DNA from: Pecten maximus
Taxonomy: Eukaryota
NCBI RefSeq assembly: GCF_902652985.1
Contig: NC_047016.1
Span: 34,782,001 to 34,846,000 of the forward strand
Direction of reading: 5' to 3'
Length of the DNA stretch: 64,000 nt
In this document: one piece after another, positions 1 through 13,410 of the stretch
Layout of the letters: each line of letters opens with the position of its first letter
How positions within the stretch are numbered: the stretch's first letter is position 1
The notes under the pieces: model-generated
Seen by the model: only the letters and a program-made list of their open reading frames with translations
Database searches by the model: none
Told to the model about the DNA's origin: nothing
Program-made: the position numbers and the translations under genes

Positions 1-5
1 ACGTT

Positions 6-222
6 GTATAGTATCGGTATATGGTATAGTGTCGGTACATGGTATAGTGTCGGTACATGGTATAGTGTCGGTACATGGTATAGTGTCGGTACATTGTAAA
101 GTGTCGGTACAGGGTAAAGTGTCGGTTTATGGTAAAGTGTCGGTACATGGTATGGTGTTGGAATGTGGTAAAGTGTCGGTACATGGTATAGTGTCGTATA
201 TGGATAGTGTCGGTACATGGTA
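6..222. repeat. 18-bp minisatellite (GTGTCGGTACATGGTATA)n, ~12 copies, probably cut by the window edge
   Basis: Direct tandem copies visible; they explain the SVHGIV repeat ORF 29..256. Confidence 0.95.
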
Positions 223-1952
223 TATAATTTGGGCGATGATATATTCAGTTTCTTAATATATCTGTAGTAATCCGATCGCCTCTGCCGGTGTCAGTTACAG
301 ACACGCAAGGGTATATAGACATATATTGATTAAGTAATAACATCATTTGCTTCACTTATCCGTGCTGTGATACGTCAATCAGATCTATAATGAAAAACGA
401 CGCCAAACAATTTTCCCCACAAAGGACGCCGCTATATACAAGTCCCCCCGCCATTGTGAAACATTGCTTGGTGGCTGACAGCACGTAGAGAGGCTAAAAC
501 AGCGCTAGCGACTCGTTGACAGGTGGCTCCCTGCCACAAGACGTCAATCAAATTGGACCGTTTCTCTCCAAGCTCTTGTGGTATTAAGGGTCAGCGCTCA
601 AATAACGATTATTACTTTATATGGACACAAAAAAGTAGTTTGCGCCTGGCTGACCGAAGCCTTGTCGGCTTAGTAACTGTAATGACCACTACCAACCTAG
701 TATTTTGGGCTAGATCAACCTTCGATTAGAGGACTTTTTACGAGAGAGTTAGGTAGTAGAACCCTGCTGATAATCGCCATGGAAGTGGTGGCTATTTACG
801 TATATATACTGTACATGTATAGTATTAAATCATTAATATCAAAACAATTTACGCAACGAATGTTTGGCCTTACTGCAGCCCTCAGAAATTGTCGTCTGTG
901 ATATGTTCAATGTTCAATATACAAACAACTAGATGGACTTGCGAATTATGTTATTTTGTACTAAACCAGTCCATAGTTACATGTATTAATTGTTTATGTA
1001 TCAAATTTGATGAAATTTGATCATTGTCTCCACAGCGTAAATGCTTACATGGGATTTTTTTCCTTGTGATTCCTACACGTATCATCAGGTCAATGTCATC
1101 GATAAGGTAACCCGACTATACGCCGTTAGGGCTTACAACATTTGTCATTGATCATCACAGGAGATAATACAGAGTCGTTGAAGCGTGACTTTTTCTCAAT
1201 CATCGAAAATATATAAGGGCGTTTTAAGCTCAAATTCCACAAGTGATAGATATTGGGAGTCCAATAGCCACAGCATTACATATATAACTACGCAACGGCC
1301 ATGGGCGTAAACACATCGGATGCTAATAAAACAAGGCCGCTGTTGGTGATGTGGTTTGATGATGATCATGATGTAGTGTCTGTCGTACAAGGCCAATCAA
1401 GTTCTTGTCTTCTCTGTTAGATGTTCATACCGTTCACGCCACCATGCATATATACATTGATATCATTTATTACAAAGTCATCTGGTCTCCTTCTGTTTGT
1501 TCCGCGTGTGTTGTTTAACGAGTCTGTCGCTTTCTTGTCTGTTGTTTTTGCCTTCGAGTATCCCATACATGTTACCGTGTTTCCCAAACCGCCAGAAGGC
1601 TGGATCGGCCCCTAATTTGTTGTGTTCACGCCAATCAGAAGGTTGAGTGAACCCCTTTATTGTCGTTTTTTATTCTCGCGTATAAGAAGGTTTGGCCGGC
1701 CCCTTTTGCTGCGTGTGTCACCATGGAGGTTTTACTTGTCTCTTTCTTGGTTTTGTTGTTATAATATCGCGAATAAAAATATCTAGACCGGTTCCTTGTG
1801 TTCCTGCGAATCATCAGACTTGGCTCGCCCCTTCTTCGCGATGTTTATTTACGTGGATCGAAATACTAGACTTGTCCCGTTTTGTGCGTGTCATTTTTAA
1901 TCTCGCACATCACCAGATTGAGCCGACCACCTACTTGTGTCCTTTACCTGAC

Positions 1953-2960
1953 TACTCACAATGTTTTGAGACGTCCCGTTGTAAGCCATGTCCCGTCTTC
2001 ACTGCTCACAAGGTTTTGAGACGTCCCGTTCTAAGCAATGTCCCGTCTTCACTGCTCGCAAGGTTCTGAGACGTCCCGTTCTATGCAATGTCCCGTCTTC
2101 ACTGCTCACAAGGTTCTGAGACGTCCCGTTCGAAGCCGTCCCATCTTCACTACTCACAAGGTTTTGAGACGTCCCGTTCTAAGCAATGTCCCGTCTTCAC
2201 TGCCCACGAGGTTCCAAGACGTCCCGTTCTAAGCCATGTCCCGTCTTCACTGCTCAAAAGGTTTTGAGACGCCCCAATCTAAGCCATGTCCCGTCTTCAC
2301 TGCTCACAAGGTTTTGAGACGTCCCGATCTAAGCCATGTCCCGTCTTCACTGCTCAAAAGGTTTTGAGACGTCCCGTTCTAAGCCATGTCCCGTCTTCAC
2401 TACTCACAAGGTTTTGAGACGTCCCGTTCTAAGCCATGGTCCGTCTTCACTGCTCAAAAGGTTCTGAAACGTCCCGTTCTAAGTAATGCCCCGTCTTCAC
2501 TGCTCAGAAAGTTTTGAGACGTCCCGTTCTAAGCAATGTCCCGTCTTCACTGCTCAGAAGGTTCAGAGATGTCCCGTTCTAAGCAATGTCCCGTCTTCAC
2601 TGCCCACGAGGTTCCAAGACGCCCCGATCTAAGCCATGTCCCGTCTTCACTACTCAAAAGGTTTTGAGACGCCCCGATCTAAGCCATGTCCCGTCTTCAC
2701 TGCTCACAAGGTTTTGAGACGTCCCGATCTAAGCAATGCCCCGTCTTCACTGCTCAAAAAGTTTTGAGACGTCCCGTTCTAAGCAATGTCCCGTCTTCAC
2801 TGCTCACAAGGTTCTGAGACGTCCCGTTCTAAGCAATGTCCCGTCTTCACTGCTCACAAGGTTTTGAGACGTCCCGTTCTAAGCCATGTCCCGTCTTCAC
2901 TTATCGCAAGGTTTAGAGACATTTTGTTCTAAGCCATGTCCCGTCTTCACTGCTCACAAG
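1953..2960. repeat. 50-bp minisatellite, ~20 copies
   Basis: Unit AAGCCATGTCCCGTCTTCACTGCTCACAAGGTTTTGAGACGTCCCGTTCT recurs at 50-bp spacing (e.g. 2281, 2331, 2381). Confidence 0.97.
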
Positions 2961-5900
2961 ATTTTAAGGTGACTTTTTTCTTGATAGTGTTCCTTCCTCA
3001 CTATTCATAAGGTTTTTGTCATATTTTGTCCTCACTGTTCAAATTGGATTTTAGGCGATTTGTACTTGGCTGTGTTCCTTCCTCGTTGATCCCAGTGGTT
3101 TTGAGACGTTTCCTTTCTTAAAGGTATATCTTACACAATGCCCACAAGTTTTGTTTAGTTGACCCCTTCTTCCCTACTGCTCAAAATGGGTTTGAGACGA
3201 CCCCTTTCTTGACTTTGTTTCTTTCTAAATCCTCACAAAGCTTTGAGATGGCCCCTTTCTTTGTTATGTTCTTTGCCTACTAGTTTATAAACTGAACTGA
3301 TCTTTTTAGCACGCTGTTGTTTTCTCGTGGATTACAAGGCTGAGCTGGTCCTTTCCCTAAGTATGCTATTGTATGCTTACGAATCACCGGGCTGAGCCTG
3401 TCCCGTCTTCCGCCATTTATCTCCACGCTAATGCGTTTTACACTAGATCTATTATCTCAATGCCGATAATTCTATCCGTCCATCTTTCCTCCGGCAATGT
3501 TTTCCCAAATCTCGGTTGTCTACTTCACCATCCATCCTCCTTGTAGTTCCATGTACGATTACATATCGTCTAAAGATTCTTTTTTATGCAATTTAATTTT
3601 AGTCATGTCGCAGATTTTCTCTGATTTACATATTTTGTTATTGAGTTTTTGGTACGGCTCTGATGTGCAGACCTTGGCCCTTCTGTTTATGTTCAACCAT
3701 ACACACTTCGTTAAATATGCAGAATCTGTCCTATGAAGCCAATGACGTAATCGATGACGCTGTTGTGTCTGATCTCGTCCAAGGTTATCACTTTTGGGAG
3801 GATACCTTCAATATTCATCAACCATGAATATCGCGAAAATGTTATTCTACGATACCCAATACATGTATGTTATAAAAATGTGCTCTGTAATATAATGGTA
3901 TGGAAGTAGTCGTTAGCTTATTGATCAACAGAAATTTAACGAGTTAGATAAAACATGCAGGAATTGGTGTTCCTACAATATATCAAACATTTCATTAAAC
4001 AATTTATCTTGAAAGGTAATACACACTTTAGAAATATGTTTAAAAAACATACATCGGAACTAAGAATTAAGACTGGTTTATAGATCGCCGATATATTCTC
4101 ACACATGCAAAAATATAAAATTCTGGAGGAGTAGTTTTTAATGAGACTGTAAGGTCCCTGTACAGAAAGACCAGGGCACAAAATAATGTATCTCTTGTAA
4201 ATCTTTCTAAATACATATCCGCTTTTTCCAACTAGTCGATAAACAAACCGGAAGTGAATTATCCAGTCTCTGCTGGGTTCCAACGCCTAAGTACGTAATG
4301 CATAGTTTTCAAGTAGTAATGGATCCGAATTTAATCAGTAACATTTTATTACTCACGCAGGTTGCAGCGAAATTGCTATTAGGGAACAGTCGACAACAAG
4401 ATACAAATTATGTTTAAGGCAACATTTGAAATCTCAATTTTTTCTATGTGACTAACACTTGGGAAAGATAACTGTTGAAATAGGTTTATCGAGTATTTTT
4501 ATTTATTCATTTTCATTCTGCAAGGAGTTATATAATGGGCCTTAAATGTGCTGAATTTTTTTCAATTTCAATAAACCGCAGACTTTCTCATCAATACTTT
4601 TTCCATTAATATACACAACCTTTTCAACCTACAATAATTCAATCGATGGATTAAGACCCCGCCTGGATGTAGGCCAAGATAGAACTCTACAGAACGTAAG
4701 CTCCAGGCTCAATGTATGTTCGCGTTAATGCATACACGCCGACCAGCTTCCCGCCTTCACGAATGGCCGGAAGAGTGTATGACGTCACAAACTAGTTCAT
4801 GGCTGCTGTCGATAGCGGGAGAGGACTAGGCTTGTTACAAACAGTGGATTAACCAATATGGGCGAGATTTACATGTATAAAAGTCGATATCATGACCGGT
4901 GCTAGATTTAATTGGTAACAACCCATTTATATGTGTGTTTACGAGGTTTCTCTCTATCAGATATAGAGGCAAAATATTCTGGAGCCTCGATCTGATACCG
5001 GTCTTCCCGCCGTGTCTGTTTCATCAGATTCTGTGGGTAACCAGAATAGAATCGGAGAACGAAACAAATATAACAAACACGGTTTTGTGATGGAATATCT
5101 CGTGATAAGATTGACCAATTACGTGTACTTTCTACCCAATAAACATGTTCACATCGACGTATAATTTTGAGACATTCAGGGCGATGATAATAATTTCTTA
5201 ACTTTTCTTTTTTGAATGTTGTAAAAAATCTACTGATTTTGATTACTTAAAAGTAATTCTCAAAGTAGTAATGCCACTTAGATATAATTTGTATACGAAA
5301 TGAATACCCAACACTGCCAGTATAATAAATCCCCATTTTACACCTCTCGGCAGACCTCTCGGCAGACCTCTCATCTAGTCCAGTGTACAAAAGATGTAGG
5401 TCCAAACAATTGCTTGTGAAGAAGAATAGCATCCATGTAACTTTCCATCTAAACGTTCGTTGTACGATTCTTCCATCTAACTTCCCTTGGAAGACACCGG
5501 TGATATTTGACAATTCCCCACAGATGATAAAATGACATTATATCTACATTACAACACTAATATCACCATTTTAGTACTCTTTCTTTACAAAAAAAAAAAA
5601 AAAAAACCGACAAAAAGTTGTGTGCGAACACTTCGTCGGTGCTATATGCTATGTTATTGTCAACTTCACGTTCTGAATGCGCAATACTGCCAACATTCGT
5701 TGACGTACAAATGTACACGCGCTCTCATCTTCTCACTCCCCCTCTTTTTTAAACGGCTATTTGGAGTAAGAATTTGTGGATATTGTGGAACTATTTTTTA
5801 AACACCAGAATCAAAAGATTTGACGAGTTTTACATCCTTATAGCTTTCAACACACATGCCATCGCCATTTCCGCTTCATTGTCGATGATAGATGGCGCAA

Positions 5901-6600
5901 CCGTCGACTACAAGACAAGTGCGGTTACGATAGCAACAGCGTCCAGATTTAGCCTCGCTCTGCGGGGCTTATCTGAGCGACATTTATGGGGAAATTGTCA
6001 ATTTCTAAACTATTTACGTCCCAACATATCTATAAAGTTTATGTACATTGACAAATTCCGCTGTAAACCAAATCTCAAGCGTCCACTAGAAGAGGAATTA
6101 AAACAACTACACGAAGCAAACAGAATCATTTTTTTCTTTCTCTCCCTTTCTCTCTCTCTTTGATACTTCACGTTCTCAAAATAGCTAAGATTAATCTTTT
6201 ATGAAGACTGCAACATAGAGCGACAGCACAGGGAAAATGATATTGAAATTGCAAACAAATTAAACCCACATTATTGGTATCGAATTTTTCCTTTGTCCAA
6301 CTGTCTACACAAAATGAAATATTGAATGAAATCTGTATAGAGCCTCGGATAACCGGAAATAGAGAACGAAGTTTATGTATGAAAGGTAAATGAGATCAGA
6401 GAACTGTTTATAGTGGTCTATGTTGAGGCGTACTTCACTAATTTTCAGCCAGATGGACTATTGCCAGGTTTGGGTATTGGGGTCCTGTTTCATGGCAAAT
6501 GTGTCTTCATAAAAGATTGCATCTTCGCTAGCCACGGGTTCATTCCATAAAGATCAAATTAATCCTTGGCGGGTTTAGTCTTGATTGCATATTTTCCCCT

Positions 6601-6615
6601 GCTGCCACCTGGCGG
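6601..6615 (-). promoter_or_regulatory. CTCF-like motif
   Basis: Minus strand reads CCGCCAGGTGGCAGC, close to the CTCF core CCASYAGRKGGCRS. Motif match only. Confidence 0.4.
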
Positions 6616-7759
6616 AGACATTGCGTTTTCCCTTTTAACTAGAAAAACTAAAATTTTAAAAAATTATCTTACTTTATTTACATTTGGAATACAGTCACTG
6701 ATCTCTAACAACTGACCATTGTCCTCCTGTGTTTTATTTTTATTTCTTTAGCAAACATGACATATTCGGCAAATCGACTCGGTATTGGGCTCCGCCTATT
6801 TCGACGGACAGTCAACCTTATATGTAAGACGCAATTTCATTGAATACCATAACAAGCCAGTGCGAGGTAATGAAGATGAAGATGGTTGTTGCTTTCATTA
6901 TTTAACACCCCACCCGTATTCGTATATTTGTTTGTACAGTTATAAGGATTCAGTTAAGACACGTGTCATTTTCATATTCAAATTCGTATTGGCTGGACTC
7001 GTACGTAAGAAACAAACCGCAACAAATCAGAGAACACACATATTGATTTTTATTATACTAAAACAATTAATGAGTATGGCAGTTATATTTTGTTTATTTC
7101 CACGATTAAATCAAGCGTCTTTAAACGTGTTGGTGACTTTGAATTTCATATAATGTGACGTCATTTTATCAGACGTCTTTTATTTGAAAAAGATCGATAT
7201 CCACAACCAAGGTCACCATATTGAGGCCTAATCTATCTTACATATCAGTGTTCAACATCATCGGCATCAACCCAGCTTTTTTTTTTTTTTTACTTTCTGA
7301 TTTAATAAGATTTTACCGTGATGACTATCAGATAAAATTAAACCGAGGATATGGATGGGTGATTTATCGATGAATAGCTGGTATTCGATATCCAAAGCCA
7401 AATGGTGTAAAAACTCGGGGAACTTGTAGACCAAATTGATATCATTTCTGGATGGAAGACCCAGAATAATGCTCTAGACGAGATATCGTTACGATAATAG
7501 ACGCGATATTCGGATATAATTGGATACATAACAAGACTGAACGATTTGTTGTTATTTATAGTAACAGTAGCCAGACTCTGAGTACAGATGTTCTAAGTCT
7601 TGTACTGACTGCGGTGTATGTGATATTCAGTCTAATTTGTTATATTTGTTAGATATTAAAGCATCGCCTCATTACAACATCATCCCCACGACGACTGGGC
7701 TCTCTCCATTGACGTCACGCTCAGATTTGCAAACTGTCCATATTTTTATGCGGTATGAA

Positions 7760-7930
7760 TTTAGACGTGTCCAATGATTATTGATATGTCTATTGGTTCC
7801 ATTTTCACCATCCTTATTTACCCGGATATGACCTAGATTTACATGGCGATGTCGTCGATGAAGCAAAGACGCTTCCTCTTACGGGACACATGGTCTTATT
7901 CTCTTTGCACTTTTCCAATGGTCTTATGTA
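7760..7930 (+). mobile_element. Degenerate interspersed-repeat fragment (resembles Penelope-like element terminal sequence)
   Basis: GAAGCAAAGACGCTTCCTCTTACGGGACACATGGTCTTATTCTC is similar to three other copies in the window. The family name is from recall, not a search. Confidence 0.5.
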
Positions 7931-10900
7931 AATTAATTTTGTTCACATTTTACCCCTGTGATACTCCAACGTATTCAGTTTTAATGTAAGGGCAGTCTAA
8001 GGTATGACTTGCCTCGTCACGACACTCTATAGTTGACCTCTGTGTTTTTGTCCCTGCCGTTGTGATGGGAGTGTAGTCTTTGCCTGACACACTTAATCAC
8101 CCTACGTAATATTGCTCGGCGACCACAAGTTCAGTAACATCCTTTTTCTGTCGTCCATGGTCGCCATAAAATATACATGTCGCGTGCCAGACAACTTTGT
8201 TCTCGTAACTGACACAAGGCACTTTGTAAATTGGGACATCCCGAAAATCATTCCTACTGTATGTACGATACCATGTATCAGAACTATTGTCTGTTCTTTG
8301 GCTTACAAAGTCAGTAAACAGTACACTGCGCCTACATATTGTACAGGCGCCATATTAACCCGGACCTGTATTTATTAAAGCATGTTTGTCCTGTACTCAT
8401 CCGACCTTCAATTATTTACTTGCTAAGAGAAATAAAGGATGTCACGTTTTTAATTCTTGTATTTTTTCTATTTGACGGTGTCACGTGATTTGAGCCAGTT
8501 GGAGTAGAACAATTGCTTCATGACTGTTGACCTACATCTCTTGGTAAGAGGAAGGAGTAGGGTAATAAGTTTATACGGAATGGAGTTTTAAACCACTTTC
8601 AATCCACGATTTCACCATGTATATCCGAACATTTAAAACTGGTTCTCTTAACGTTTCTCTGATTTTTGTACGGATCGTAAATGAGATGGAAGAGCAGACG
8701 TGACTCCAACCATTTTTGTCACGTGAATAGTGTTATTGGAAGATGAATGCTTTTCACGTTGGGATACTGAAAAGTTGTTAATTTTCTGGGGGCTAATATT
8801 TCGTGGTAGTCACAGTCGGACCTAGTATTGTTCATGGTATTAATTTTCGCGGAACAACGCCTTGTAAACTTTCTGTACTTAACACTTTCATACATTTTTT
8901 GCATATATAGATGTTATCTGGGTAATCATTATCGTACTATCTTATAGCGAAATTATACAATATTAACCCACTAAAGGTTTTTTTCTACACTACATATTCC
9001 ACTTGCTTTAAATCTGCGATATTAATAAGTTTCCATAGTTTTGGGTCTCCGGAGTCCTCTCCCAACGAGGGGTGCTATTTTACCGACGAACTGTTCGAAG
9101 CATGATGTACAACGTTTGTTGCATAGCTTTTTTGAGCCTTAATAATTCGAAATGTAATTCTTTAATGCTGACTAAAACATGAAAAGTTCTTGCATTTGGC
9201 TAGCAGGCTACATAGTGTGTTCCAGTGATATCTTTAACAACATTTTTTCTTTAATTTCAAATTAATTGTTAAAAAATCAAATAAAAAGTTCCTGGTCAGT
9301 CGTCTTTTAGAACCTTGGGTATTTTTCTCTCATTGGCAAGCTGTATACTGATGAATATTGAGCAAAGTCTTGCTGTGTAGACACTAGGCTACACATGTTT
9401 GGCTGTAAAAGTTCAAACCTTATGTTGTTTCAGATAAAATATACATAAAATATTAACATTTATTTTATCGCCACTTATAAAAATGGCTAAAAATATTCGA
9501 TTGCAGGTAATTAATAGTTATCATACACATATTTCAGCATAGCCCGGAACCGCTCCGTCATTTATTTCAGAAAAAAAATGTCGTATATATCCCCCTGAAC
9601 GGTCTCGGTATCTTTCTATCTATTTGTATAGACTACAAACAGGTGGCAGCTGTGGAAGATAGAGGACTTTAACTTTTTTTTAACGTTTCCATTACTTTCT
9701 GGTTTGTTTACTAAAGTAAAACCGCTAAAGCGATCAACTACTGCCAGACTAAGTTTAGAAGAACATGTGTACAATTAGGACTGAAAACATCAAAGATCTC
9801 GTTAGGCAACGACCAGGAAGTATTTGTTGTGGCCATCATAAAACTATAAACCATATCAAGTCAAAGGTAAGACAACATTTAAAGCTTCACGTGGCCAACC
9901 TTACATTTTTTTCTTCTGTAACTCTTGTGACGTCACGAGTACAGCGACCGTTCCCAATAAAAATATAGTTCGTGGGAATAAAACCAAAATCATCAATATT
10001 CATTTATTTATGTAATATAACTTCATAACGGTGGCACAAACATTGTGACGTCAAAATATACTGAATCCAGTGATGCCAGACAAAACGGTCATTTAGTGAC
10101 GACATCACAACATTCATATCACTACACCAATAGTATACCCGAGTATGGTATCGACTTCATAAATATGATATTTTAATCTTTACCAAAGAAAAATTGATTT
10201 AAAGCACAACAAAGAAGTCCTTTAAATAAGAAATTCTACTCGTACCGAACATGTGACCTTCAAACACGTACCATTTTAGCACGTGCGTCAGTGTTATTTT
10301 ATCCTCCTCACGTCACGGTATCCTGACATTATTTATACACCTATCTCACAGTGTAGCAGCAGATATACCCGATTACATACATAAATAATATGGAATATGA
10401 TGCTTTACTATAAATAAAAAAAGGAAGGTCACCGATATAGCTCAAGGTCACCACTTATAAAAATAAAAATAGTATTTCCTATTTCATACGTTCTGAAACA
10501 GAACTCGCGGAAATCCATATTCCTGAACACTCGCAAACAGCATTGTTGTCATCGTCCTTGTCGTCGCCGTCGTCGCAGATGCGATGATCAACGTCACTAA
10601 CTGCTTACATTCCCTGGGATGACATGTAATCATTGACGACAGATCCAATTACAACTCTGTCCGGTATACAGCTGAGGACAGCGAGGTCAAGGCGGTCGTA
10701 AATTACGACATTACGACTCGTTTGTGGAAAGTCTAAAAAATAGCGGCATGGATATTTATTTTTTAGCTAAAAACAAACTTCTGCGCCAGTTGTTTTCGAG
10801 TGAATTGTTACACAATGTTTATGTTTGTGGATCGATAGAATTTCTTTGTTAAATAATATAAAAAGATAGCATTGAAGACTGCGGTATTGGTAAAACAGAA

Positions 10901-11554
10901 GTGTGGGGGTTTATCAACGAGATAAGCGACTTCCATCCAGCATTGCTCGTCGAGAGCGTAGAGGACGGCAAAAATCGATGTCTAAAGATTCAAGTATTGA
11001 GAAATACCCTGTAATCTCTCTATATTTTAATAGGAGAGATTCGAGTCTTTGATCTAATTAAAACAGAACCATGATTGTGACTCGCCCGAGGTTTTAATGA
11101 GGTTGTGAATCTGATGAAGGAGTAGGAAACTTGTAAGTGATCGTTTAGCGATCCCGGAATGACGTTTGAGCAATTGACGAAAAGTCTAGTTGAAGTTCAT
11201 CGCAATTACACCTAGTCGTTAAATGAAGGTTTGGCCAACCTATTCACCTACAGCCACGTTCATTTTCCGGCGTTCCACCTCCCCTTGTTCAGCGTAACGC
11301 TAGTAAGGTATATTTTGCTATGATACAACTCCTTCTTTTAGTTGAAATACGCATTAAAAACGCGTGATAGATTTGTCACACGTGGCCTTCAGTATATACC
11401 GGTTATAAATCTGGAATATATGTCACATTTTATACGTTTTTGCGAATTACAATAGCAACAGCAATCTTATTGAAAAATTGCAACGAATTTATAACTAATT
11501 TATCATACATCTGATAATAGCTGTTTATCGGTGATTCATAAAACACTCCTAACA

Positions 11555-11945
11555 TCTCTCTAAGGCAGGTTTGGACGCAGATGGTAGGGCTAGACTGGTG
11601 TGGTCTCTAAGACAGGTTGAACCACGGTTAGTAGATCTAGACAGGTGTGGTCTCTAAGGCAGGTTTAGTCGTAGACGGTTCATTTAGACAAGTGTGGTTT
11701 TTAAGACAGGTTGATCCACGGTTGGTAGATCTAGACTGGTATGTTCTCTAGAAATAACCACAGTTAGTAGATCTAGACAGGTGTGGTCTCTAAGACAGGT
11801 TGAATCACGGTAAGTAGATTTAGACAGGTGTGGTCTCTAAGGCGGGTTGGGCCACGGTTAGTAGATATAAACAGGTGGTCTCTGTTGCAGGTTTGGCTAT
11901 AGATTGTATATATAGATAGGTGGTCTCTTTGACAGGTTTGACCGC
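11555..11945. repeat. ~47-bp degenerate minisatellite, ~8 copies
   Basis: AGACAGGTGTGGTCTCTAAGACAGGTTGAACCACGGTTAGTAGATCT; TGGTCTCT at 11601 and 11648. Confidence 0.9.
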
Positions 11946-12669
11946 CAATGGTGGATATAGGCAGGCGAACCCTCATCGTTCACTTCGTTTTAAAATGATT
12001 TTATAATGGTCACATAAGCATGTCGGTTACAGTTTGAAAATAATAAACGAGGAAATATAAATTGTTTAACAATCTGAAGAACTACAGAGAGCAGTGAACG
12101 CTATTTGGATTTCGTATTCTCCCTGTGAACTACTGGTAGTCGCATCGTTTTACTTCCATAGCTGGCTAAGTAATGCCAACAGGTTACATAACCTTTGGCA
12201 TTCCTGAGAGTACATCCATATATCTAAATCTAACAGGTATGTTCCCCATAATGTGATCAGCTCGGAGATAATTGTTTTTCTGCCCGTATAAAGAGCTGTA
12301 ATGATATAAAAACAACGATATATCCGGAGTTCATGCGGTGGAGAGGTGCCGTATCTGTTATTAGAAAGGCTAATCTACTTCCGACATTGGTACTCGTGTT
12401 AATTATAGCCGCGAAATAAAACAATTTGGAGGCGACACTTTAAAAAACAAATGTCCACTGTTGTTATGTCTTTTTGTTAGCTATTTTCCTGTTCGTTAAT
12501 GTTTGTGTCATGATCACTGGCATAAACAGGAAAGAAATAACTTCTTCATTAAAAGTTCAGGATGCCAACTTTTTATGACGTCATTCTGTTTGCTTTGGTG
12601 GCGCCAACCTCTCGATTTCCTTAATTGTCTTCTGGTTTTAGTTTTTTTTCTTCTGGTTTCGTTTTTGAA

Positions 12670-13410
12670 TCGATCGTCGGTATAATTTGAAAGGCTAAAG
12701 ATCAGTAATACTGTTTGGTCGATGAAATCTGAAAGGTCAAAGATCAGTGATAATGATTGGTCGGTATACTCTGAAAGGTTAAAGATCTATATACTGATAG
12801 GTCGGTGAAATCTGAAAAGTTAAAGATCAGTCATACTGATTGGTCGGTGAAATCTGAAAGGTTAAAGATCAGTCATACTGATTGGTCGGTGAAATCTGAA
12901 AGGTTAAAGATCAGTCATACTGATTGGTCGGTGAAATCTGAAAGCTTAAGATCTGTGATACTGATGGTTCGGTAAGAACTGAAAGGTTTAAGATCAGTCA
13001 TGCTGATTGGTCGGTGAAACTGAAAGGTTTAAGATCAGTCATACTGATTGCTCGGTAAAATCTGAAAGCTTAAGATCTGTGATACTGATGGTTCGGTGAG
13101 AACTGAAAGGTTAAAGATCAGTGATACTGATTGGTCGGTGAAATCTGAAAGGTTAAAGATCAGTGATACTGATTGGTCGGTGAAACTGAAAGGTTTAAGA
13201 TCAGTCATGCTGATTGGTCGGTGAAACTGAAAGGTTTAAGATCAGTCATACTGATTGGTCGGTGAAATCTGAAAGCTTAAGATCTGTGATACTGATGGTT
13301 CGGTGAGAACTGAAAGGTTTAAGATCAGTCATGCTGATTGGTCGGTGAAATCTGAAAGGTTAAAGGATTTGTGATAGTGATAGGTCTGAAAAACCTGAAA
13401 GGTTAAATTC
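12670..13410. repeat. 41-42-bp minisatellite, ~17 copies
   Basis: TGGTCGGTGAAATCTGAAAGGTTAAAGATCAGTCATACTGAT at 12841, 12883 and onward. Confidence 0.97.

Noticed and set aside
11105-11145. Minimal hammerhead ribozyme (CTGATGA...GAAAC)
   Set aside because: Stem II cannot pair, the cleavage triplet would be GUG, and there is no stem I.
13086-13110. Hammerhead-like CTGATGGTTC-GGTGA-GAACTGAAA in 42-mer variants
   Set aside because: It lacks the conserved A of CUGANGA and has an extra base before GAAA; stems I and III are absent.
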